DNA of 28,567 bases from positions 1-28,567 of the forward strand of contig JAHLWR010000033.1 of assembly GCA_019057815.1 (NCBI GenBank). Reading direction: 5' to 3'. Within the stretch, counting starts at the first letter, position 1, and the number at the start of each line of letters is the position of its first letter. The notes beneath the pieces are model-generated. The model did no database searches, was not told where the DNA came from, and saw nothing but the letters and a program-made list of their open reading frames with translations. This stretch comes from Candidatus Heimdallarchaeota archaeon. Its GTDB lineage: Archaea > Asgardarchaeota > Heimdallarchaeia > Heimdallarchaeales > Heimdallarchaeaceae. Made by a program: the position numbers and the translations under genes. Below, piece by piece: positions 1 to 7,598 of the stretch.

Positions 1-136
1 GTTTTTCTCCCTTCTCTTGCGTTTTTTTGCACTCTTCTAGTAACCTATTATAGAGTTTTCTACAACTATCCAACTGTTCAACAAGTTTTGCTTGTTGCTG
101 CTTATTAGGGTATAGTTGCACTTTGTAGGTTAGCAT
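1..136 (-). mobile_element. tnpB: TnpB (IS200/IS605/IS1341-family RNA-guided nuclease), N-terminal 45 aa, truncated by the window edge
   Basis: Manual translation from ATG at 136: MLTYKVQLYPNKQQQAKLVEQLDSCRKLYNRLLEECKKTQEKGEK, matching the typical TnpB N-terminus (YKxRLYP...Q...L...CRxLYN). Not in the ORF track. Confidence 0.88.
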
Positions 137-208
137 TAGTTCATTTCCTTACTTCTTTAGCTCTTTTTTTAGTATAAAAAGCTGAGTAATAGACGAAGAG
201 ATAGTCAT

Positions 209-250
209 ATAGCATTCATCCCCCACCTAAAGTTAGGGGATTTCTGCTAT
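209..250. mobile_element. IS200/IS605-type subterminal hairpin (left end of the tnpB element)
   Basis: ATAGCA(209-214)...ATCCCC(218-223)...GGGGAT(236-241)...TGCTAT(245-250) forms an imperfect hairpin about 75 bp upstream of tnpB. No tnpA lies between hairpin and tnpB. Confidence 0.7.
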
Positions 251-298
251 GTTCACCTTAAAATTTTAACAAAAACAGTTTACAAATATGGTTCTTGA

Positions 299-664
299 TC
301 ATGCTAGAGGGTTTATTTCAGCATATATCCTCATGATTTCAAGTTTGTGTTTGATATCAGCTATTTTCTTGTAATAATCCCAAACCGGCATCTCTTTCAA
401 GCCTTTTTCATTTAAAATAGTCATATTGGTTATAGATATTTGATTATCTGAACTAATATTAAGTTTACACTCTTCATCCAACTTCTCAATCATTGACTGA
501 ATCCGTATGTAATGATTCATAAGATGATAACCATGCCAAAGTTCCTTGAAAATGTTAGCAAATGAGATTTCATTTTTTTCTTTAAGAATTTGTTCTATGT
601 GTTCTTCTATTACACTTTTTTCGAGCTCTGAAAGCTCTTTTGTGTCACTCCATATATTTGGCAT
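299..664 (-). CDS. Hypothetical protein, possibly winged-helix-like
   Basis: 121-aa ORF with ATG in otherwise unoccupied space; helical pattern followed by a short beta hairpin. No firm motif. Confidence 0.55.
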   Translation of the reverse strand: MPNIWSDTKELSELEKSVIEEHIEQILKEKNEISFANIFKELWHGYHLMNHYIRIQSMIEKLDEECKLNISSDNQISITNMTILNEKGLKEMPVWDYYKKIADIKHKLEIMRIYAEINPLA

Positions 665-803
665 TGATTTTCATTGAAGTAAGACAAACGAACCTATTTA
701 AGCACCACATTTTTTGCTTCCCACGGGAAATTTTATTAATAACGCATTTGAGTTCTGAATCGAATTGACAAAGACTTTCTTTGGAGAAATGAGGTGAAGG
801 ATT

Positions 804-2006
804 ATTCCTAAAATAACCGATAACAAGCAAATAAGGGACTTACTATCAAGAGAGAAAAATATCAGAAGATTTGGCTTAGTGACTTATATGCTTCCCATCG
901 AAGGTGCAACAGGTAGAACTGTTCAAGTTGAAGGGAAAGAGCTTATCATGCTAGGTTCGTATAGTTACCTGGATCTGATCACGCATCCTGAAATAATAAA
1001 AGTAGCACATGAGACACTTGACAAATATGGGGCAGGAGCCGGTGGTGTAAGATTATTAACTGGAACAACTGATCTCCATAAAGAATTAGAAAGAAAGATT
1101 GCTGATTTTAAAAAAACAGAAGATGCAATTCTCTATAGTAGTGGATATGTCACTAATATGACTCTTATGTCCACATTATTCGGAAAAGATGATTTAATTA
1201 TCATTGATAAATACGACCATCAAAGCATCTATGATGGTTGTATTTTATCTAAAGCAGATTGGAAAAGATTTAATCACAATAATTTAACAGATTTAGAGAG
1301 AATACTTAAAGAGAACAGAGACAAATATAAACGAATTTTAGTTGCTGTAGATGGAGTTTACAGCATGGACGGTGATATTGCACCTATGCCTGAAATTATT
1401 GAAATTGCAAAAAAATATGATGCTTTTACAATGGTGGATGAAGCTCATAGTATTGGAACTATTGGACCAAATGGTAGAGGGATTGACGATTACTATGATC
1501 TTAGTCCAGGAGAAGTTGATATCTACATGGGTACATTAAGTAAAGCGATACCATCGATTGGAGGATATGTTGCTGGAAATAAAGATATGATTACTTTTTT
1601 GAGATACACTTCTAATGCGTTTATCTTTAGTGCAGCGCTTCCTCCGGTTTCTACAGCAGTAGCTATTAAAGCTTTAGATATCATTCTGAACGACAAAGAA
1701 AGGATAAAAGCTTTACAAAAGAATATCCACTTTTTCATTAGTGGTTTAAAAGAACTAGGCTTTAATACCTTATCAAGTAAAGATACACCTATAATTCCGG
1801 TAATAATTGGTAATGATGTTAAGACTTTCAAATTTGCAAAGAAAATGAAGAAAGAGGGAATTATGATACCTCCAATTGTATTTCCAGCTGTACCAAAAGA
1901 TGGAGGAAGACTAAGATGTTGTGTTATGGCCACACATACTGAAGAAGATTTGAAATATATTTTAGATAAGATGAAAAAGATTGGAAAAGACCTAGGTGTG
2001 ATATAG
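804..2006 (+). CDS. PLP-dependent alpha-oxoamine synthase (serine palmitoyltransferase/BioF/Kbl family)
   Basis: Motifs SYSYLDL, GAGGVRLLTG, DHQSIYDG, DGVYSMDGD, DEAHS, GTLSKA (PLP lysine). ORF track starts at GTG 879, but the frame is open to 798 and a GAGGTGA SD (791-797) precedes ATT codons at 801/804. Start is uncertain. Confidence 0.9.
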   Translation: MPKITDNKQIRDLLSREKNIRRFGLVTYMLPIEGATGRTVQVEGKELIMLGSYSYLDLITHPEIIKVAHETLDKYGAGAGGVRLLTGTTDLHKELERKIADFKKTEDAILYSSGYVTNMTLMSTLFGKDDLIIIDKYDHQSIYDGCILSKADWKRFNHNNLTDLERILKENRDKYKRILVAVDGVYSMDGDIAPMPEIIEIAKKYDAFTMVDEAHSIGTIGPNGRGIDDYYDLSPGEVDIYMGTLSKAIPSIGGYVAGNKDMITFLRYTSNAFIFSAALPPVSTAVAIKALDIILNDKERIKALQKNIHFFISGLKELGFNTLSSKDTPIIPVIIGNDVKTFKFAKKMKKEGIMIPPIVFPAVPKDGGRLRCCVMATHTEEDLKYILDKMKKIGKDLGVI

Positions 2007-2091
2007 AGTCATCTATTTTCTTGATTGAACACCATTAAGAGTCAAGTCCCCTATAGTTAGTTTTTTCAATGAATATCAACATATTAAACAT

Positions 2092-2422
2092 GGACGAAGC
2101 GAAAGGGCAACTTCGGTTTAATACTGAGGAACTACCTGACTCCTTTGAATCGATGTGAGTGTAAACTCACCACGTGAGAATGTGGCTCTTGGAACAGAAA
2201 CGACACGGCCTATGTCCGATGACAATGAAGTGATGAAGATAATGGTGACATTATTCGAGATAACTTACTGAGAAGGGTATAGGAAACGTTGAAACGGCCA
2301 ATCATCGATGGGAGCAAGCTTGAATAGGGTTCAACTGAACCGGGTAAAGTGCATAGGTGAATGTTGCCAGGAAGGTCCTTGACGGCTTCCTAACAGAATC
2401 AGGGGTACTCTTCGCATCGTCC
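2092..2422 (+). ncRNA. rnpB: RNase P RNA, archaeal type A
   Basis: P1 GGACGA.GCGAA/TTCGC.TCGTCC; P2 GGCAAC/GTTGCC; CR-I GAGGAA..CCTGA pairing with CR-V ACAGAA-TCAGG; P5 CTCC/GGAG; P7 ATCGATG/CATCGAT; P8 GTGAGT..ACTCAC; CR-II ACAGAAAC; CR-III TGAAAC; P19 AGGAAG/CTTCCT. Confidence 0.93.
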
Positions 2423-2575
2423 TCTATTAAAAAGACGCGTTAAAACCTTTTTACTTTAGTTTACGGAATTATCTGTAAGTACTAGTTAAACTTATTAGGA
2501 AAAACATGTTAGCTACTATGGGTAGTTAAATTATACCAAATATTGACTACTTAGAAAAGAAAAAAGTGCAAAAAT

Positions 2576-4372
2576 ATGCTCAAGTTTCCATTTAATAAAT
2601 GGATATCTTTAGTGGTTATTAGTATAGTTGTTACTATGCTTACAACTGGGAGTCAATTATATATAGCGGCACATCAGAATCCTCAAACATCAGGAAATAC
2701 TCTCTCTTCTACATATGAATTTGCAAATGCAACGTTTACTTTCGAACTTGAGAAACTGAATGTAACCCGAGGAGAAGATGATCTCATTATTACTTTTGGA
2801 TTTAAATTCACAAATGAAACATTAATTCCTGATGCAACAATTGATTATAATATAACAAACCCTTTAGGGGTAATAATCTATCATAAATCTATACTTGTTA
2901 CCACAAATGAAACCTTTAATGAAACTGTTGAGTGGGATACTTTTAATAGTGAACCAGAGGGAGTTTATAACGTCACAGCAGTAGCCAATAGTACTGCTAC
3001 TGGATTCTCTTCTCAAGCATTAGAGGTGTTTAATTTAATTATCCTTCCTGTAGGAAGAATACGAATGAGTTTTCCGAACAATCCATTTTATATTGAGTCT
3101 AATGAATCAACTAATATCCCTTTCACATTAACAAATATTGGAGGAACAAATGTAACAGATATAAATATTAATGGATACAATGTGTTTGAGTCAACAATTG
3201 AGGATTTTGATATATTCACGCCTCTATTTTCCAATTTAACGATAGCAAGTGATGAAGTGTACGAAAATAACATAATTTTTATCGCTGATGGCTATTTGTA
3301 CAAAAGACTAAGTTTGAATCTGCAATATTATACAATAGATGAACCTGAGAAAATAAAATTCACATCCAGCCCTCCTCTTGAAATTATTTACCTACCAGAT
3401 CTTGTTATTCACAATTATCAAATTCCTGAAAATGCTACACTAGGTGAGGAATATCGAATTACATTTAATCTCACAAATGGGGAGGAAGAGGTTTTATATA
3501 TTGATGCATATGCAGAAAGTGAATTAATTGAGTTTGAAGATTATGAAACGATAGGGGCCATACCTGTAAGTAGCGGTTATAACCAATTCTCCATCATTGG
3601 GATACCCCATACAGAGGGAACCGATGCAATATGGTTCTGGATTGAGATTGAATGGAGATACGGGGAAAGCGTAATTCATTCAACTCCGATATTATATACT
3701 GTGATTAGCTTTGTCAATGTTATGAATTTGACAGTAGTAACCACAATTGAAACAACAATAGTAACAACAAATGAAACAATTGGTTTCTTCGACCCAGTTG
3801 TAACTTATGCAACCATCCTTACTTCTCTCTTGCTAGGTATAGGTTACTTTTCTCGAGACGTAATTAGAGGTATCGCAACCAAAACAAAATTCAGAAAGCA
3901 AGAACACTCTTTTGCAGAGATTACTTACCCCTATGATACAGTAATTTTAGATGGTAGCAATATTGCTTGGGAAGAGAAAAACGCAGATAATAAACCTAAA
4001 TTGAACAATATCGAAATTATGATAAATAAATTGAGTAGAGCTAATTTCAAGAAAATTATTACTGTTGCTGATGCAGCACTTAGATATCAGATAGATGATC
4101 AGAAAAAACTTGACAGATTAGTAAAAGAAGGAGCAATCAAAATGCTTCCAGCCCGTGTAGATGGCGACAAATTTATTCTAAGATTAGCAGAAGAAGAAGA
4201 TGGCATGATTATAAGTAATGACATGTTTAAAGAATTCAGAGAGCAAGCTCCATGGATAGATGAGCGAAGAATACCATACACAATATTGACTAGTGAAGTA
4301 TGGTTGCACCCTACAAGTGTTTCACCTACACCAAAGGAAAAAAATGATGAGACATTAGCTTTCGATAGCTAG
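2576..4372 (+). CDS. Single-pass membrane protein: signal/anchor, beta-rich sequon-rich ectodomain, TM helix, cytoplasmic Zc3h12a(Regnase)/NYN-type PIN-like ribonuclease
   Basis: N-terminal hydrophobic helix; 15 N-x-S/T sequons in about 370 aa; Thr-rich stalk; TM PVVTYATILTSLLLGIGYFS followed by basic residues; C-terminal VILDGSNIAW...ADAALRY...DGDKFIL...IISNDMFKE. Confidence 0.85.
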   Translation: MLKFPFNKWISLVVISIVVTMLTTGSQLYIAAHQNPQTSGNTLSSTYEFANATFTFELEKLNVTRGEDDLIITFGFKFTNETLIPDATIDYNITNPLGVIIYHKSILVTTNETFNETVEWDTFNSEPEGVYNVTAVANSTATGFSSQALEVFNLIILPVGRIRMSFPNNPFYIESNESTNIPFTLTNIGGTNVTDININGYNVFESTIEDFDIFTPLFSNLTIASDEVYENNIIFIADGYLYKRLSLNLQYYTIDEPEKIKFTSSPPLEIIYLPDLVIHNYQIPENATLGEEYRITFNLTNGEEEVLYIDAYAESELIEFEDYETIGAIPVSSGYNQFSIIGIPHTEGTDAIWFWIEIEWRYGESVIHSTPILYTVISFVNVMNLTVVTTIETTIVTTNETIGFFDPVVTYATILTSLLLGIGYFSRDVIRGIATKTKFRKQEHSFAEITYPYDTVILDGSNIAWEEKNADNKPKLNNIEIMINKLSRANFKKIITVADAALRYQIDDQKKLDRLVKEGAIKMLPARVDGDKFILRLAEEEDGMIISNDMFKEFREQAPWIDERRIPYTILTSEVWLHPTSVSPTPKEKNDETLAFDS

Positions 4373-4458
4373 CTCTTAGATAATTATACTTCAAAATAGG
4401 AAGAATCTGTCACAACCTAGTCATTATAAAGGTAAAATTCTTATTAGGGTAGACGACA

Positions 4459-5160
4459 ATGAAAAGGGAACAGTGGTACAAAGATTTTCATGTAAATACG
4501 ATACCCCAATTAGAGGATGTTCCAAGAGATTATTTCTATAATCTAGACTATAATTATCTTACTTTGCAAGAAGTACAATTGTTGTTAACCTTAACTGATT
4601 CTCAAACAGCTTATTCTTTCTCAGGATTACGCAAATCCACGTCTCTTCATCAATACCAACTGACAAAAGCGATAAAGAGATTAGTAGATAGAGATCTAGT
4701 AATTAAAAACGAAATAAGAACTTACGAGCTTACGGAAGAAGGAAGTAATTTTACAAGAAAATTATTACAAGATTTACTTCAGAAAAAAGTTATCAATATA
4801 ACTGACATCTATTTCCATTCACAACGCAAAAATTTGAAACTTATACCTTCTTTAGACCAAAATACAATTATTAGCAATTTCGAGAAACGATGGTTTTTAA
4901 AATACAGATTCGTTTATAGAAAAGTGGAAAATTATGATATTGTATTGTGCTGGGAAGATAATGAAAAGAATCAAGTGCATATGTTTGTGGATTCAAAAGG
5001 AAATATAAGTGTGGAATTCAGATCCTTAAAACCAAACAATTCAGAATTAAATATTGTTTTGAGTTGGATAAATAAGGAACTCACTGAACAGTATGGAGTA
5101 AATACGGTAACGAACACAGAGCAAAATAAAGAAGATTATAATAGCGTTTTATATAATTGA
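4459..5160 (+). CDS. MarR-like winged-helix protein with an unknown C-terminal domain and C-terminal LYN (HbYX)
   Basis: LTLQEVQLLLTL...SFSGLRKSTSLHQYQLTKAIKRLVDRDLVIK...YELTEEG is a classic wHTH pattern; the protein ends ...DYNSVLYN. Confidence 0.75.
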   Translation: MKREQWYKDFHVNTIPQLEDVPRDYFYNLDYNYLTLQEVQLLLTLTDSQTAYSFSGLRKSTSLHQYQLTKAIKRLVDRDLVIKNEIRTYELTEEGSNFTRKLLQDLLQKKVINITDIYFHSQRKNLKLIPSLDQNTIISNFEKRWFLKYRFVYRKVENYDIVLCWEDNEKNQVHMFVDSKGNISVEFRSLKPNNSELNIVLSWINKELTEQYGVNTVTNTEQNKEDYNSVLYN

Positions 5161-5220
5161 CGCAGTTATCTAAAACACTGTTAAATCACTAAAACAAAAA
5201 AATAATGAGGAATTTGAAGT

Positions 5221-5883
5221 ATGAATAATATGAATTTAAATAATATGCAAAATGGTCCCGTGATAGAAGCTAAACATGGTACCACAACTGTAGCATTAAG
5301 ATTCAAAGACGGAGTAGTAGTCGCTGCAGATAAAAGAGCTTCAATGGGAACATTTATAGCTTCTAAGAAGACAGAAAAAATTCATGATTTAAACAAGTAC
5401 ACAATCGCAACTATAGCAGGCTTAGTATCCGATGCTCAATACTTGGTAAATCTTACAAAAGCTAATATTAACTTGTACGAACTTGGTAGAGGATATCCAC
5501 CTACAACAAAAATGATAGGAAATCTACTGGCTTCAGTAATGTATGAACAATATCGTGCATATTTCCCATATTATGTATCTATGTTAGCATGTGGCTTAGA
5601 TAAAGAAGGACCACATGTATTTACACTTGATATGGCTGGAGGAATTACTGATGAAGATTTTGCTTCAACAGGATCAGGATCTATGATTGCATACGGTGTT
5701 TTAGACTCTACATGGAAAGAAGATTTGACAAAAGATGCAGCATTAAAAATAGGACTAACCGCATTGAAAACAGCTATAAGTAGAGACACTGCAACTGGTG
5801 ACGGAATGGATGTGGCTGTTGTAGATAAGAAAGGTATAAAAAGACTGACTGCTGAACAAGTGAAAGCAGTTTTGGAGGAATAA
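5221..5883 (+). CDS. psmB: 20S proteasome beta subunit, catalytically intact
   Basis: 20-aa propeptide ending HG|TTTVAL (Thr1), AADKRAS (Asp17), KKTEKI (Lys33), AGLVSD, GSGS, RDTATGDG. Confidence 0.96.
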   Translation: MNNMNLNNMQNGPVIEAKHGTTTVALRFKDGVVVAADKRASMGTFIASKKTEKIHDLNKYTIATIAGLVSDAQYLVNLTKANINLYELGRGYPPTTKMIGNLLASVMYEQYRAYFPYYVSMLACGLDKEGPHVFTLDMAGGITDEDFASTGSGSMIAYGVLDSTWKEDLTKDAALKIGLTALKTAISRDTATGDGMDVAVVDKKGIKRLTAEQVKAVLEE

Positions 5884-5885
5884 AG

Positions 5886-6542
5886 ATGTTAGGACCACAA
5901 TCTATGGGATATGATAGGACATCAATTATGTATTCACCAGAAGGTCGAATAATTCAAACAGAATATGCAAGAGAGTCTGTGCGAAGAGGAAGCATTGCTA
6001 TAGGCATAAAAAGTAAGAAAGGTGTTGTTTTAGCAGGACTTCTCCGTGTAGTTGATTTAAACGAACCTGACAAGAAAATACATAAAATCTCCGAAAACAT
6101 ACACGCAATCTTTGCAGGAGTTGCTGCTGACGGTAGAATTCTAATCAGTCGATCTCGTCTTGAAGCTGAAATATTTCGTCTAACCTATGGTACACAAATT
6201 GATATTGTAGGTTTAGCAATAAAAACAGGTGATTATGTTCAACTCTTTACCCAACAAGGCGGTTTACGACCATTTGGTGTAGGTATTCTCTTTGGAGGAT
6301 TAGATGATACTGGACCTTGTTTGCAATTTGTAGATCCTGGTGGCAGTGTTGCCAGCTGTAAAGCAAAAGCAATGGGTGAAGGTGACTCAGAAGCTATCGC
6401 ATTCTTAAAAGAAAAATACAAAGATGAACTCACAATTGATGAATTGGTTGAGATTGCAAAAGAAGCTATTAGAAAGGCAGCTCGAGATGCTGAAGTAGAC
6501 GAAGCAAATATTGCAATAGAAATTATACCTTACAAAGGATAG
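5886..6542 (+). CDS. psmA: 20S proteasome alpha subunit, short and divergent
   Basis: GYDR...YSPEGRIIQTEYA, GSIAIGIK, KKIHKI, GVAADGRIL, TQQGGLRPFGV, DPGGS. Starts 2 nt after the psmB stop. Confidence 0.94.
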   Translation: MLGPQSMGYDRTSIMYSPEGRIIQTEYARESVRRGSIAIGIKSKKGVVLAGLLRVVDLNEPDKKIHKISENIHAIFAGVAADGRILISRSRLEAEIFRLTYGTQIDIVGLAIKTGDYVQLFTQQGGLRPFGVGILFGGLDDTGPCLQFVDPGGSVASCKAKAMGEGDSEAIAFLKEKYKDELTIDELVEIAKEAIRKAARDAEVDEANIAIEIIPYKG

Positions 6543-6563
6543 ATTTCTCTCCTCTTTTTTTCT
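6543..6563 (+). terminator. Pyrimidine/oligo-T tract after psmA, possible archaeal terminator
   Basis: ATTTCTCTCCTCTTTTTTTCT directly after the TAG stop. Confidence 0.4.
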
Positions 6564-7598
6564 TTGAAGTTTGTGGATGATATGAGGATTTCTTTTTCTA
6601 GAGGAATAAAAATTGCAACTGATAGCTGGAAACTTGGGTGTGACATAACAAACTCTCAATATTTCCCTTTAGTATTCTATAGCCACGCTCATTCAGATCA
6701 TATTCCCCGTAAGATCCCTAAAACTAATATTGTTTGTTCGTCAATTACACGTATATTGGTTGAAAATTTAGTCTCTAACTTTGAAGATGGGAAGTTCCAT
6801 GATTTGTACTCAATAGGAGATACAACATTTTCACAAATACCAAGTGGTCACATAATAGGATCTACAGCATTAATCATAGATTCTCCTGAAAGTAAGGTAA
6901 TATACACAGGAGACGTATCTATAAGAAACAAAGGTTTTATTGAACCGTTCAAACCTGAAAAGTGTGATAAGCTCATTATTGAAAGTACGTTTGGATCTCC
7001 AAAATACATTTTTCCACATTATGATGAAGTAATAAAAGAAACGCAAGAACAGATTCAGAAATATTTAGAAGAAGGAGTTCCTGTAGTTTTAATGGGATAT
7101 GCCCTAGGTAAGTCACAGATGCTATATCACGCTTTTTCGCATCTATCGGATAATATCATTCTCCATGAATCTAATGCAAAAATCAACACTCTTTTAGCTG
7201 AGAAAAAAGTCGATGGAGCGATTGAAGCAACTACATATCAAGATGCAAAAAGTGAAGGCTTACTAGAAAAAACAAACGATTGGATTTTCTTTACACCACT
7301 TCGATCAGGAAGAAATGAGTTTCATTCATCTCTAAAAAATAAGTTTAACACAAAATTATTTGCTTTCAGTGGGTGGGCTATTTCTCCTAACTACAAGTAT
7401 CAAATGGCTGTTGACCACGCTATTCCAATATCAGATCACGCAGATTTCTCTGAGTTAATTGAAATCTGTGAGAAATGTAATCCACGAGAGATTTACACGG
7501 TTTATGGACCAAAAATACAACTAGCTGCTGAATTACGAAAAAGGGGATTCAAAGCAACTCCTTTAAGTAAGCAGACTTTGCTTGAATCATTTTTCTAA
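6564..7598 (+). CDS. Metallo-beta-lactamase/beta-CASP nuclease (SNM1/Apollo-like size) with C-terminal PIP box
   Basis: SHAHSDH, SGHIIGS, YTGD, ESTFG, GKSQ, SDHAD motifs; C-terminus QTLLESFF. True start may be ATG 6582. Confidence 0.88.
   Translation: MKFVDDMRISFSRGIKIATDSWKLGCDITNSQYFPLVFYSHAHSDHIPRKIPKTNIVCSSITRILVENLVSNFEDGKFHDLYSIGDTTFSQIPSGHIIGSTALIIDSPESKVIYTGDVSIRNKGFIEPFKPEKCDKLIIESTFGSPKYIFPHYDEVIKETQEQIQKYLEEGVPVVLMGYALGKSQMLYHAFSHLSDNIILHESNAKINTLLAEKKVDGAIEATTYQDAKSEGLLEKTNDWIFFTPLRSGRNEFHSSLKNKFNTKLFAFSGWAISPNYKYQMAVDHAIPISDHADFSELIEICEKCNPREIYTVYGPKIQLAAELRKRGFKATPLSKQTLLESFF

Noticed and set aside
645-830. 61-aa minus-strand ORF
   Set aside because: Covers the divergent promoter region and the SD plus N-terminal extension of the PLP enzyme; no motif.
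1351-1933. ORFs 1351-1539(+) and 1523-1933(-)
   Set aside because: Shadows inside the well-supported PLP enzyme gene.
2092-2422. Alternative reading as TnpB omega-RNA or a riboswitch
   Set aside because: All RNase P conserved regions and helices are present, and it is far from the tnpB 3' end.
3088-6659. Short antisense ORFs at 3088, 4099, 5571, 6239 and 6405
   Set aside because: Antisense shadows of conserved genes.
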